Origin: Eledone cirrhosa
Taxonomy: Eukaryota
Length of the DNA stretch: 64,000 nt
Assembly (NCBI GenBank): GCA_964016885.1
Contig: OZ024740.1
Location: 279,000,001 to 279,064,000 of the forward strand
Direction of reading: 5' to 3'
Shown: positions 23,907 to 39,100 of the stretch, piece after piece
How positions within the stretch are numbered: position 1 is the first letter of the stretch
How the letters are laid out: each line of letters starts with the position of its first letter
Position numbers and translations under genes: made by a program
The notes under the pieces: model-generated
The model's input: only the letters and a program-made list of their open reading frames with translations
Databases searched by the model: none
Told to the model about the DNA's origin: nothing

Positions 23907-25899
23907 TATCGTCCCGTTAACACTACGGAAGTTGTCTGTCTCTTATACACTGACTTTTTTCATAAAATTTTAGGGTTCGGAAGAAAAAAATTGTGAGGCC
24001 CTCAAAATGGAAATGGTTGGGTGGATGAACAGCGTATTGCTCAGAGAGAGAGAGAAATAATGGATTGTAGAGGATGATGGGAATCACACCAGTGATGAAT
24101 GTTATGAAGTAAATATAATGAGATGAAGGATGAAAGTGACTAGGAAAGAGAAGTGATGAAAATGAGTGTGAAAAAGTTGAGAATGGAGAAAAACAAGAAA
24201 AACATGGCTAAAGATGGTTGAGGAAATGAAAGCCAGAGGAAGGATTCAGACAATAAGGCAAAACGAGAAGATTTGTCATGGAGCTTGCAAGCCTAATTCC
24301 TGCATCTGGAGTTGAACTAGTCAACAATTCAGAATCTTTCCATTAGTCACAATCTTTTGTATTCTTATAAGAGGATTAACCTATAAAAGCTTATCCTAGT
24401 TACCTCCTCTTTGGGTGACAAAATGTCACCACCCACTCAAAACACTATTTCACCCAGCATATGCCATCAATTTAGGTCAAATGTTCAAATTAATGCAGTC
24501 ATCTTTTGAATATCAGTAAATGCATTTAATACTAACATGCTTTTTTTATATCTGCACCCAAGATTAGTCTAATTTCTGTTGCACATTCAACAAATATTTG
24601 ACAATAAATTGAGGAAAGTTAGTTGTTCCACACCCTTCTTTTTGACTTAATATACTTGATGTCAAAAGGTGCAGTTTACCTTTACCCATAGAACAAGTCA
24701 GGTTACTTTAGTAACATACTATCTCTTGACAATGCATATAAAATACAAAATAATGAAAAGGGAATAATATGATGAGTAAAAGAAAATCAAGCCTGAGTGT
24801 GCAATCACATTCACTTCAAATGAGTTAAATGAACTAGTGAAAAATAATTAATAGTTAACACCTGAGATATGATACTAAGGTGGTAACAAATATAATGCAA
24901 ATAAATTAAAATAAGATGTACGGGAAAAATAGTAATTCCAAATTTGTCAACATATGAAAATGCAGATATTCAAATTATACCAATGTCTGCGCATGGTTTA
25001 GCCATAAGCCAGCTCTAATTGAAAAGAACCATTACCAAAGACATTCCAACTATGACCATATTGCCTTTTCTCTTTCAGACAGTATGTCCTTTCTTTTTTA
25101 GACAGGAAGGTGTGATTTGAAGTAGGTTTGGCTCCTATTTCTAGTAGGTCAAGCAGCCACAAAGAGGCTGTCTCATTGGCTTATATATATCAAACTATTC
25201 CTAATTGGTGAAGCACTGTCTGGTTGCTTATGATAATGAAGTTCCTATCTGATAACTGCAGAGTCAACCAAAACTATTTCCTCTTAAACCTTTTCTGTTT
25301 ATATATATTTCTAATCTTTAGCATACAATTTCAAAAGACTATGCAGGTTGGTTATAACCTTTTACTAAGATCTAGATAAAAAAATGAATTATGAAAAATT
25401 ACAATATTTATGTTAATGATCATAATATGAGTTATTAGCATTAAATTACTAACAAGATATGCAGATACCAGTTCTGTCTTAACATATATACCAAGTTAAC
25501 AAGCATTTTAGCACAATTTGTCTATCATTTACTCAACCTGTTATGTGAAATCTTATAAAAAATATTGATCAAATTAGCAAGTCTTCTTCAGATATCAAAA
25601 CAACATTGATTTAATTCATAAGTCCATATTGAAGGTAATATCCAAGTCTAATTAACACTAGCATGAAACAAGACAAATAAGTTCACATTTTACGAAATGT
25701 TCCTAATAACAGTGCAGTAAATTATTATACTCTTCATAAGGTCATTTTTGAGGCATTGTTTTATGGCCTAGGTGCCCTTCCTAGAGTCAACTCGTTTAGT
25801 CACCTCTTATGAGACGGAGAAACTGTATACCTATTCTAAACCAAATACACATGTAATTTTTATTGTAAGGCAGTTACAGAAGTACAAGGATAAAAATAA

Positions 25900-27745
25900 G
25901 AATTTATTTTGGAGATTGATGATCTAGAGAAAGCTTTTGATAGGGTTCCATGTGAAGTAATGACACGGGCATTGAAAGAGTTAGGAATGGAGAAATGATT
26001 AGTGATGACAATGTATGAAAAAGTGTATACAAAGGATGGGAACCATAACGATTTTGAAGTCAAGATCTGGATGCACCAGGGACGAGTGTTAAGTCCACTA
26101 CTACTTTTAGTTGTGCCTGACACTGCACCCACATCCTAACACACCACCCATCACCAGATAAGTTGTCCCAGCCCCCAGTCCACACTGTAAAATGGTTGTT
26201 TTGGTGCCATGACAAAAAGCATCCAGTCCATACTGTAAAGTGGTCTGTGTTAGAAAGGCATTCAACCATAGAAACCAAGCTGAAATCAGTCCTGTATGAG
26301 CAAGAGACAGTCATCTGATCTGGCTTGTTTCACAACAGGACAACTCGTCTAACCCATGCTAGCATGGAAAAATGGACGTTAAACAGTGATGATGATGAAA
26401 GTACTGGCCTCAAGAGTAAAGGAGAGTTTACCATGGGGGATGCTGTATGCAAATGACCTGGTGTTAATAGCAGAGAGTATGGATGAACTAAGAGAATATA
26501 TGAATAGGTGGAAGGAATGTATAAAGGCAAAAGGTATGCAGGTAGATATCAGAAAACCAAATGTGATGGTAAGTGTTAAAGCATTTGGTGAGATGGAAAG
26601 AACAGGAAGGGTGTTGGAGTAAACTATTAAATGTATAGCATGCACTCAGTGGGTACTTGGAAAATGTAGTAGTACAAAGGGATTATTATATAAAGTGGCA
26701 GCTACTATATTTAAGAGAAAAATGTGTATGGAGAGAGCTACAAAGAGGATCTTGGGAATGGTGTGAAAATGTTTTGTTTACCATGAAGACATTGATTGGG
26801 GAAGGTGGATCAGACTCCATGACAGTATCTAGAATGAGATGTGCAAGGAAGAAATTCCAGAAAGTGGGTGGCATGTTAAATAGAGAGTGTCATCGAAACT
26901 GATAGGAAAGGTGCAGGCTGCATGTCTGAGAAATACCATGATTTATGGGAGCAAGACACAGGTGATAAATGGTTAGATAAAGGAAGACATTGACCGCCTG
27001 GAAACTGTTCAGAGACGTGTAACCAAGCGAATACCCTCCATCAGGCATCTACCATACTCTGAGCGCCTTGCTTCCCTGGGCATGGATACATTGAAGCTCC
27101 GACGCCTGGCAACTGACTTGGTAAACACCCACAAAATTGTTAACCATCTTACCAACAACAACCCTGAGTACCTTTTTGATTTCCATGTGTCTAACACACG
27201 TGGACATGCCCACAAAGTCAGAAAACAGCACAGTTCCCATGACTTTCGGAAACATTTTTTCACGCTCAGAGTTGCTGAAACATGGAACAAACTACCTGCA
27301 TCAGTTGTTAGCTGTCGAGACACTGCATCCTTTAAGGCCTCCATGCTTCCCGAGATCCGCCAACACTACAGCTAATGTTCCCCCTCCATACACATATGTA
27401 TACCATGACTCATACACTATTCACTTCCCTGACATTTGTGTATTATTCTATGTACTATACATACACCTTTGACGAGTTGTTGTGCACCTGAGCACTTTAC
27501 ACAATAATTTCATTATTATTATTATTATAAGACAATGAATTACAGAGGATGATGGGGATAGTGTGAAGTGAAATGGAATGATGGCCGAGTCATGTGTTGA
27601 GGAAGATTGAAAGTGACTGAGTGAGTGGAGTAATGAAAATGAATGTGGAAGGAAGTAAGGTAAAGGGAAGACCAAGAAAGACACAGCTAAAGATGATGGA
27701 GAGGGATGTAGACAATAGAGAAAAATGAAGAAGCTTGCCATGGTG
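25900..27745 (+). mobile_element. Old RTE fragment with a nested SINE tail (~26110-26400) and a CR1 insertion
   Basis: DLEKAFDRVP at ~25920, LPWGMLYANDLVL at ~26430, and a C-terminal W.SHV.R...GRPRK remnant after 27530. Confidence 0.7.
26985..27528 (+). mobile_element. CR1-clade LINE 3' fragment
   Basis: DIDRLETVQRRVTKRIP...YSERLASLGMDTLKLRR...WNKLPASVVS; (ATT)n tail. Confidence 0.88.
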
Positions 27746-30700
27746 TCCGCTTTAAAAAGGAAGATGGCCTTAAACTGCATTTTCTTGTACAGTAATTATA
27801 TAGATTTGATAAGATGATTTTTGCCAAAATACATCAATGTATGAAAAATATATATAGAAATGAACAGAAGCATAAAAATCTCTCAATTTTTAAATGTTAA
27901 ATTGGTAAAAATTGGCAAATAAAGTACAGTTCTAGAAGATAAAAGACCCTTTTAACACCAACCACCTCTTGTTCCATAATACAAAACATATTGTTTTTAA
28001 GTATTTACATTTAAATTAAAACCTTTCATCACAATTACTTTGTTTTTGTTACTAAAACTGTAAACTTTGCTGAGACTATTTTTTTTGTGTAGATCTTTAG
28101 AACTATGTTAATCCAACTAAATGAAACTGATAATAAGAAAAGCATTTACTTTCATCAATAACTGAATGCATTAGAGAAAAAAAAAAAAATCATAGCTGTA
28201 AATGTACCAATATTTTTGACTAGCATGTACATAATGAAATTTCTTTTTAATGGAAAGTGCAACCAAGAGCCCATAAAACTTCAATATCCTGATAGCAAAA
28301 TATCATTCAATCTTCTTGAAATTCATTGGCTATTTGATTTCTATAACAGCTACAGCGTAAAACACACTACTCACAACAGATTTCTCTCTTTAACATTAAA
28401 TGTATAAAATTTCAAAATAATTGCTAAATTGCATCAAACAGTATTCCTCCTAAATTGCCTTCCTTTCTGGAATGAAACTAAATAGAAAATACTCTGTATA
28501 AAGATTTTTAAATTGTTTACATTTTTATTAAAACGAAAGTTAATTATTATAAAACATCAAGTAACAACAATCATCAAAAGCATCCTAAGAGAATTTTAAA
28601 TACCTGTCAAGTTTAACACTTTTGATACCAAATTGCCTGAAACCACCCCTGTTCTACAACACAACTGTTTTTACATCATATAAACTTTACATCATAACTT
28701 TATGAAAGAACTTTTGTTATGTTCCAAATCCTAACTTAATGCAAAAGTCAATTATATTCCTAAATTCTAGCAATTTTGTTTATTATTTTCAAATATATTT
28801 GAAAACCAGGCACAGGGTTTTGTTAGAAATATGGTAGTGAAAGAATTAAAACTTGAAATTCCCTTTAGAGACTTGTATAATCTGCAAAGAGTGATATGCA
28901 ATAGTGACTCACTCATTGGATTACATCAGTGATTTAGGACCACTTCATTCAAATCAAGACAAAAATAGAGAACAAACACAAACCAAACATTTGGCCAAGA
29001 GTCAACAGCAAGATTTTGGCTAAATGCTAAATCAATGAACAAAATATAGACTACCTTTACACAAAAGTTTTAGTGAAACAAAGAGGTTAATATTTCGAGA
29101 TTAATTTCTTAAAATGACCAGCCTGTGCTAGCAGGGAAAACAAGATATTAAATAATGATGACTGTTTTTTATACATCACTTTTAGAAGGAGTGAGTCATC
29201 AAACATTATAAAGAGGACTAATTCAAATTTCAAAAATAAATAAAAATTATAAAAGGTAAATAAAAAAATAAATAAAGCAGGAAGACAGACAGGCTCAGTT
29301 CATGGCTGCAGTCTATTACAACAAAACATTGGCTTATAACAATAGCAAACAACTAACAAAATGATTAGAAAGAACACTCCCAAATATAACTTCTCCCAAT
29401 TCCTTCTTCCCGCATGTTTCAGACAACTACACCAAAATTCCCTAAATGACAATTATAAAATCAACAAATTTAATATTTAAAAAAAATTATTTGAGGGGGA
29501 AAAAAAAAATCATTGTCAAACACATTTTAGTAATTCAAAAAATAACCAGGGTTATATATAAATCCACGTCTCAATTGAATTTTGGGACTACTTTTGTGAA
29601 TTGTAGCTATTCGTAAAAAGTAAAGATAAAATTATACAAACGGAAAATTAATATACAAAACCAAAACAAGAGAAAGCATTTAAAAGTAACAAGATCTGAC
29701 TTTTGAGAAACTAAAAATTAAAATGTTTTTTCAATTCAATGAGATCAATACTAGCATAAACTATATACCTATATGTTAACACTTCCTTTAAATTATTTAG
29801 AAATTAGTTTATAATCCCATAAGTTTTGATGATCATCATCATCTTTGTTTAACGTCCATCTTCCATGTTAGCATGGGTTAGATATTTATTGATTACCTAA
29901 TTAAAAAACAGATGTCATTCCATTTCAAAATTAAGTAGCTACAATCAGGAGTATTTCGCATTAAAATCATCAAAACTCAGCTGCATGAATCTATCAATTT
30001 TTCAAACCATGTAAAGAGCAAATGGTTAAGGTATTTGAACATGTTTGTAATACATAAAACATTTTGAAAATTGAAAAGAAAATTATCACAATTTACAAAA
30101 ACATTCTGACTGGAGAAGTGATGAGAGAACACTTCTGCTATGATAGTACAAATTGATCTCAGCAATCAAATTTGTAATACCATCCTAATGAAACAAAAAA
30201 AAAAAAAAAAAAAAAAAAAATTTAAAAGAAATAAATGAGTAAAACTGAGAAAGAGAATTCCCTACAGAAGTTTAAACTTATGACCGATATCACATTAATA
30301 ATGAGAGAATATTTTTATTTCCACTCTTCTTGGTCTTTCATCATCTCACAAACCAAATGGGAGTTTCTCATGCCTAATAAAATCATATCAATTATTATTA
30401 CACTGTTGTATAATTTAGCAGAAAAGCAGTTAATTGTACATGCATTAAATACTTGATTTTAAAAAAAAGAAGATAACCCAATAAAATAAAACAAGCTAGT
30501 CTTCACCTTCCCTTCTTTACCACATACACAATCATCATCACCACCACCATTAACCAATATCCCTACAAATAGTGCAACCACTTTAACAGCTTCTGCAGTT
30601 CTGAGTATCTAACTAGAATTGAATCAAAACCCTGTTATTCAAATTTACCTTTTACTTTACAAAGAACTAAATTTTCAGTTACATTAGCTTATTCAATGAC

Positions 30701-32047
30701 AATAACGCACAGGGTCAAACATTTAATAAGATAAGCGATTTACTTTCTACAACTAATATTTAGTCATGGATAGTTATTCTCTAGAGTTAGGAAATCAACT
30801 CATGTATATGTTAAAGTAGTTAATACCAATAGACAAGGAAAACAAAGAGGAAAAACTAGTAAAAACAGCATATAAAATATTATATTGATAGTATAAATTA
30901 TGATAATGATAATAGTATAATAAAACGATACCATGATGTAATAATTATAGTGATATAAAAGTATAATGATTGTAATGTTAATTATTAGGTGTTAAGACAA
31001 TCTTTCTCATTTATCTATCAACAGGTGATACATTACTTCAATAAAATTATGTATGATTGTACAAACATGTCAGTAATTGTCTTAAATCTCAATGTCCATG
31101 GAATCTCCATCGGTCTAGCTAGTCCTACGGAAACTAATATGGAAAAATAGGTGACAAAAAAAAAAAAGAAAAGAAAAATATCCCCAAAGATTTTTAAACC
31201 AGCATCACAATCAAAGAAAAAAAAAACATCTTATTTTTACTCTTGGTCTTTTCATCATCTCACAAACCAAATATGTAACAGCCAAATTCTTATCTCAATT
31301 TATGTCAAAAAATTCTAAGCAAACAAAAAGCAGAAAAACAAACAAACAAGCAAAATAGAAGCCAGCCAAACAATGAAGTTACATACAATGCAGCAACCAT
31401 AAGTAAACTGTAACCAAAAGAGAGCAACCATCAACTGAACAACTAAGAATTTCAAAATGTGCAAACAAAAATAGGTCTTGTATTGCCCATTAGTAGTTGT
31501 AGAATCAATAAAATTTGCAGCAATAAGATATTTGAGCCATGTATACCATGTTAAAGGCCCTTTTAACTCATCATACCTATCCGATAACAAAAAAAGAAAC
31601 TCAAATTTATAAAATGTTTGCATATTTTTCAACATGTCAAGCATAATTAAGTTGTTGTGTATGTCAAGATCAGCTTTGATACAACAACTAGGGGGAAATC
31701 CATAGATCTATATTTCATAAAAACCATGCCTCTATGACAAAATATTTAGGGATTTGTGATATAGAGCAATGTGACACTTCTGAAAGCCTGTTGTTGATTA
31801 GCCCCATGTTTCAAGATGGTCTTATGTAACTTGAGTGGAATATGGTGGCTATTAACTGACATATTAAACTACATACAGACTTCTTTTGTACACTTGTTGT
31901 TTAGCCACAGGTCTACTCTGATTTATCAAAACTATGATCAAAGGCATACTAATCATGACCATCCTCTTATTTTCAGATAAAATGAATCTGGAATCACATT
32001 ATCTAATATCACTTTTCTAATATGGTAGAGCATGGTTTGACAAAAAT

Positions 32048-33118
32048 ATCATTATCATCATTTTACGTCTGCTTTTCCTTGCTTGCAAGGGTGGGACAGG
32101 TCCTCTTCAGCACAGCATCTCTTCATTCGCCACAGTCTCTTATCTCTTCTGTGAGCTTCAGCTCTCAACACTTCCCCTATGTTTTTCATGGTCGTCCTTT
32201 CACCAGGAATTCTTGGCACTTCTTCACCTAGCGGTCATCTACCATGTGCATCGCATGGCCATACTAAAGCAGTCTTCTCTCCCGCATACTACAGTTTATC
32301 CTTCTTATACAGTTTCACTCACAACTCGTCTAGGCTTGGTCATTCATGCACATTGACATTGCACATCCATTGGAGCATGCTTGCTTCATTTCTCTCCAGC
32401 TATCGCATATCCTCCGCAGTTGCTGCCCATGTCTCACTACCATGCAGCATCGCGTATCTCACACAGGCATCATATAACTGACCTTTCATTCGTAGGGAGA
32501 CACCTTTTGTTGTCAACAGAGGAAGCAGCTCCCTAAACTTCTTCCATCCTGTCATTCTAGATACTATGGCCTCAGAGCATCCTCCTCCCTTGCTAATCTG
32601 ATCACCTAGGTACCAGAAGCTATCAACCACCTCTATAGATCCTACTTGCATTTGAAAAATGTGTCTATCACTGACACTTCTACTATCAAATTTCCCTGAA
32701 CATCTACCACATATGAAGTTTTCCCTACCTGTTAGTTTGCCTGCTATCCCACTACACCTCTTGTGTGCCCAAGATCTGCATTGTGTACATTCTATAGAGT
32801 TTATACCAACTCCTTTTCTACATATCGAACATGGCCATTTCCCTGATGGTATCAGTTTTGTCCTCTTTCCTACTTATCAACACTTTAGTCTTTGCTAGAT
32901 TCACTCTCAGTCCTCTTGATTCCAACTGCTGTTTCCATAGCCGGAATTTATTCACTAGCTCCTCTACTAATTCTGCTATAAGCACCAGATCGTCAGCATA
33001 GAGAAGTTCTCATGGGCAGCCAGTCTTAAGCTCCTTTCAACATAGCTTGCACTGTCCTCACAAGCCATTCCTCTACACCTAGTTTCCTTAGGGACCAGCA
33101 GATGACAGATCGGGGTAC
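32048..33118 (-). mobile_element. RTE LINE 3' fragment, same family as 15477-18567
   Basis: EVVDSFWYLGDQIS..GWKKFRELLPLLT..AMLHGSETWA; same 3' end tcccacccttgcaagc and (GAT) tail; internal deletions. Confidence 0.9.
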
Positions 33119-35094
33119 TATTTCATGTATGCTGAGAAACTACATAGAGGATTTCTTAGATACTAGTGGTGGTTCCAAAAGGTAAGAAGGACTGAGTGCA
33201 ACAGTTATTGTTCCTCTTCACTAATCCTTGATGGTAATATTGTACTGGAATTCACAACTATGTAATAATTGTTAAATTTTCAAGTTTTAACATAACACTG
33301 ACATATATTATAGACAAAAGTTTTCCTTCTATTTTAATTTTTGTTTCATACTTGAAATTTATCAATGCATCAACGTGGGAGAGCTGCTCTGTGTTCAAAT
33401 TTTTGTAAGAAAAATAACAACTCTTTGATACCAACCTGCCAGAGATCACCTCTAGTTTTATTATATAAAACTGTCCATTTTAAATTATTTTATGTAAATT
33501 TAAACCTGTTTTCAAAATTAGATGTGGAAACCTGTTATGTTTTAAACAGTCTAACAATGAAGGAGATAAGTTTTAGGGGGATTTTTTTTTTTCTTTAATT
33601 AAACCTGTACAGATTCCTGATTATTTAAAAAAATTGAAATACATAATTCTATTTCCTTAGAAATAGTCATGAAAGTGTTAAAACAGTTATTCAATAAACA
33701 AAGAAACAAGTGTTTCTAAATTTCACTTTGATATATTAACTTAAATGTTCAAGACCAAGATACTAATAGACTGACTGACATTGATTTTTCTAAGGTTGAA
33801 TCTGTTACAGCTATTTTACATATTTTACATTAGAGAAGGCATCTATATAAACAGCTTCAATTAAACATACTGAAGCTCAGCTAATATCCCATGTTTATAG
33901 TTGATAAGAAGCAGGTTAAACCTACATAGCAAGAACAATGTATATTAAATAAAATTATACATGGCTTTCAATATAATACCACCATTTTTCATAACAGGGA
34001 AAATTATAATAGTAGTCATCATCATCGTTTTAACATCCTCTTTCTTTGCTAGCAAAGGTTGGACAGGTTTACATAGGCCAAGTCAGTACTGAAGCAGAGC
34101 CACTGATCTCCTCAACATGCCAGAGATCTGATTCTTGGTTTATGTACAGTCTCACATTCCAAGTGCACTGGAGAGTTGTCATGTCTTTGACACAACTGAG
34201 GGTCCTTTGTTTGGCAAGAATTCTATGGCTGAATGCCCTTCCTACCACTTTACAGCATGTACTGGGATGTTGCTATGGCCTTGACATGACTGAGGGGTCC
34301 TCTCAGCTCTTTGATTGGCAGGCTGGACAGAATAACTAATATTTAGTTTCTTCACTAAACTTAAAACAAAGCTATGTTTGTGGATTATATATGTGTCTGT
34401 ATCTATGCTTACAATGCAATTCCATTTGTCAGACAGACAACACCACTGGCAGAGAATGCTGACTTCTGGCATGAAGGAAAACATTCTAGAACATTTGTCG
34501 CTCTCCCTTTGCTTTACTTTGAATTGTTTCATGAATTCAAAATACAAATTTTAGAACAATTTTGTTAGATTGGAGATAACGACTGACAGACACAAAAAAA
34601 ATGCTGTACAATAAGATAGATTTTCTAAAAGATAAACCTCTATTATATTCCTATATACTTTACAACTGACAAAAACATAAATAATAAAATAAAATATAGG
34701 GAAAGAAAAATGAGATTGTGTAACATTAGTTGCTCAAAGATATTAAGAAATGCAAATGACATGACATTTTCAACTTGAATTGACTTGCAATCTTTGCTTT
34801 CCAAACATAAGCCTACCAATACAGCACAAATATTAACACCTGATTTGGGTTTGGATTACGTTTTCCTTATCAGAATATATTTTAGTTGAGAGAGAGAGAG
34901 AGAGAGAGACATTGAAGCCCTGCAAAACATAGTACATGTACAGCTAAGATATTCTAAATGTGAGATGTAAAAAATAGAATTTGATACGGACACAATTATT
35001 AGCTACATGTTGATCCAGAAATTCAATTCTCTCTTTCTCCCACAAATCTGAATTTAACTCTTCATTCCAACCCACTCAAAACCGCCTCTGGCTT

Positions 35095-35300
35095 CATCAT
35101 CATCGTTTAACGTCCATCTTCCACGCTAGCATGGGTTAGACGGGAGTTGTCCCAATTTGAGGCAAGGTTGATCGGGTGACCGTGTCGCGCTCATATAGGA
35201 CTATCTGGCAGGTTTTCTACGACTGGATGCCCTTCCTAACACCAACCACATCTACAGTGTGGACTGGGAACTTTTTACTGTGTTACCTACACGGCCACAT
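35095..35300 (-). mobile_element. SINE 3' half with RTE-type tail
   Basis: catcatcatcgtttaacgtccatcttccacgctagcatggg...ggatgcccttcctaacaccaacc; older relatives at ~34017-34270 and ~53700-53880. Confidence 0.7.
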
Positions 35301-35914
35301 TACAGCGTGGACTATGTTTTTTGTCGTGACACCTACACGATCTCGATCTCATTTATTTGGACTGGATATTGTGGTACCAACTTTACAGAGAGAAGGTGGT
35401 GTTGGTGGGAGTGGGATATAAAATCCATTTTAAAGGGTTCCTATTTAAATGAAAACCTTTCATCATAATTTTGTGTATTGCATTACCAAGTACAAAACAG
35501 TACTATGATTGCATCACAATTATGATTTGGGTGGTGGCAAATTGGCAGAGTTGTTAGAACATCAAATAGAATGCTTTATTGTATTTCATTCCAGTCAACT
35601 TTGCTTTCATCCTTTCGGATTTGATTTAAAAAAGAAGAAAAAAATAGAGGGGGATGGGGTCAAGTTGAATTCTTCTGTCTTATTCACTTCCATTTTCTCA
35701 CTCTCTCTGTCCTTCTCTGGAAGAAATCTACTATATTCAGACCTGGGGAGAAGATGGGTTCTGCCAGGTTTAAAAATGCCCCCAAAACACTATATCATTA
35801 TGGTGCCCCTACAGCTACCTCAGGTGTTACAGGAAAAAGAATTATGATTTGGAATATTGGCCATTATCAAAGAATGTAACACAGCAAGAAATCTTGAGAC
35901 AGATTCTTCAAGAT

Positions 35915-36117
35915 TTAACACTTTGGCATTTAAACCAGCCATATCCAGCCAAAATTCTCTTACCTCTTTCTGTTCAAACCAGTTGCTCATACTGATGTTA
36001 AGGTATTGTTCTCAAAATAAATATCAAAATCTCATAGATTTGATATTATGTGAGGTAAAGCCTTTACCATGAAAATAAAATAGTAAATATAAAGTAATGT
36101 AAATGCTAAAGGGTTAA
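35915..36117 (+). mobile_element. piggyBac-type MITE, copy 5
   Basis: TTAA cactttggcattta ... taaatgctaaaggg TTAA. Confidence 0.85.
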
Positions 36118-39100
36118 AACAAGGCTGCTGTCTAGATGGGTGCTAAAAACTGGTACTAGGTTAAGGGGAACTTTTTCGTCCTTTCACAACTACTCCACAA
36201 TAAAACACACTCAGCCTACATAACACTAAAGTTTGCTAGCTTTCAATTGCAGTTTATGCAAATGCTGTGGACTGTGTTGACCCATCCAACCTATGTCGAA
36301 AATGATATACGTTTCCTTAAGCTTACAAATATTTTTAAAATGAAGGGAAAAAAATAATTAATTAGTTCTTGTTTTCTTTATATATTCCAAATATTATTAG
36401 TCAGTTGGTGCATACAAACACATAGGCACACTATATCTTAGTTTCATCTAGTGTTTTACTTTGAACAAATTATAAAATGCATTGATAGTTACTTTGTAAA
36501 GGAGGTCTGTACTGACATCTAAAAAATTGAGAAAGAACTACGCCAAAGGATCTTAAAAAACATTTACTGCAAGGTTTGTTGTTTCACTCAAGGCCAGCTT
36601 CAATTAAACAGAACTATATGATCAAATGCATTCCAGCTGTGAACAGCCTGTCTTTAGACAGTAAGGTGTAATTTGTGAGAGATTTGGCAGCTATTTCTAA
36701 CAAGCTGAGTGACCGCATAGAAAATTACTTGGCTCATGGAAGAACTTTACAAAGGGGAGAAATAATTTACAAATGTTCAGCGAAACCATTTCCATAATGG
36801 CATGGGTTCCACAAGACATTCTTCAGAAGTAATTTCACAACTGGATAATCATTCCTGATACCAACTTATACTTTATTTTTAAGTAGGATCAAGTAGGGTA
36901 TATACCAATGCCATTTGTCAAAATGCTGTTTTGTAGGGTATATTTTGGGGTTGTTTTTTTTTTAAACTATTGATATGGAGATGCAATGATTGATGTGTAA
37001 TGCACACAAGCTTCTTTACAGTTTTCACCTACCCAATTCATTCACATGGCACAGCTCAGCCTGAGGTTGTAGTAGACACTGACACAAGGTGCCACATGAT
37101 TGCCAAGTGAACTTCTTAACAATACCTCTTATATACAACTTTGTTCTTGATTACTAACACTTTTAGCTTTAAGAAAATTTAAATATTTCTCTTGGAATCT
37201 TACAACATAAAATTTAGTTGTGCAAATGTTTTTTCTTTTAAGATTAGAAATAAATGAGTATTCTCCAATGATAGCAAAAATTAACAATTATATAGTCCTA
37301 TAAGGAAGTATTTTTCTTTCATTTAGAACATTCCACTTTCTCTGCCATACCATACAAATAAAACAATAAATTGAAAAATATCTAAGTTACAACATCTAAC
37401 TGTAAAATTTGCAATATATCACTGACTAAATAAAGGAAACAGTAGTAATTTGTAACAAACACATAACCATACTTTTTGAAAGAATATTTAATTAACCTCA
37501 GTATATTTTATTAAAAGATATGTATTCTTTTATAACAGCCAACATCAGCAAAATTTAAAGCCAACCCAGAACCTAAAAAGATTTGGTTAAATATATTGCT
37601 ATACATTTGGCATATATATGCCATATCTACCTCTACATAATGACACCTACATGACAAAAACTGAAGCAAAAATCTGCTTGTTATTCCAAGGTAAATCAAA
37701 ACAAACAGAATTTACTACTTTAAATGATACCCTAAGAAAAGAAAACCAGCTTCCAGTTCAAATCAAAAAAGTCAATGAATGAAACATGATTAAATATTGA
37801 CATTATTAGTGTACTTGACATGGTCCAACAACATTGGTTCACTTGTAAGGAAACTTAACATCATTACGCCCTTATAAATGCTAGGGGAATGAACTAAATA
37901 CAGCCAGTATTTGATTCAATGGTAATAAATTGAACAGAATTGAACTGCTCACCAACTTCTACTACTACTACTACTACTGAGAGCAGTTTGACCTATTGCA
38001 TTGCAGTATATATGAAAACTGCTGCATACAAGAGTTGTTGAGCCAACAGGAATGCAACCACTCAACCTGCTAGAAACAGTAACCAAATTAATCTGAAATC
38101 ACACACTATTATTCTAAAAAAAAAAAAGCAAGACAGCATGGCAAATTAATGCAGTTCTACATTTCTACATCATGTTCGAGTGAAGAAAGACTGGTCACAG
38201 CTTGAACGGTTTTGATAAGTTTGCACAACCAAGGCTGGTCAGAGTAAAACAAAGGATAATAGAAAACACTAATCTCGAAAAGAGATTAACAAAGAGTTGC
38301 TACATGAAGAGAGTACAGTCATTGCCACTCCTACCAAAACATATTGCCAGATGTTCTCTAGTTTATTTTATCCATCAACCAAAGAAAACTATGCTGGTTG
38401 ATAAATATCTCAAAGTTTCTCTCTCCAAAAAATATCAATATTGAAACCTATTCCATACTAATCAGTCTTTGAGTATTCAGATATGAATGCTAATTATAAT
38501 TATTGTACTATTTCATACGTAATAGTTTTTTTTTTTTTTTTTTTTTGTAGTTCAAAGAGGTTAGACACAAAGTTTAACTAGATCCATCGGAAATGGGGGG
38601 TCGTATAGGAAATAGAAAAGATAAAGTACAATGACAATTTTCCAAGTACTTTATGACTAAATAAAAAAGGATGTCCTTTTAAATAATTCTATTCGTCAAT
38701 TCTTAACCAACGAAATCTTTAATTCTAAATTATCCCAATTCACTCGAATAAGAAACCAACTATTAACCCTTTTCAAAACCTAATCATCGCTGGCTTTTCT
38801 AACTCGATTTAAAAAGTGAACTTCTAAAGAGTTCGCGAGTTTTTAGTAGACATTGGTGAATGTACAGGCTGCACTATTTCTCTTCAGTGAACCACTTTTC
38901 CATAATAACACACATTTATTCTAATATAAAACGTTGGAACAACCACTAGATTTCCTAATATTTTATTTTAATAAAATCCACTAAAACTTTTGCTAGAATA
39001 TTTACCTAGATTCAACTACTTGATTCATGTTGGAATTGATAATGTGAGTTGAATATATAAAAAAAGACAAGGTTACACCATTTATTTGCAAAAGAATTTT

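Noticed and set aside
30320-31275. Box C/D snoRNAs from the ATGATGA motifs
   Set aside because: No CTGA D box at a suitable distance and no terminal stem.
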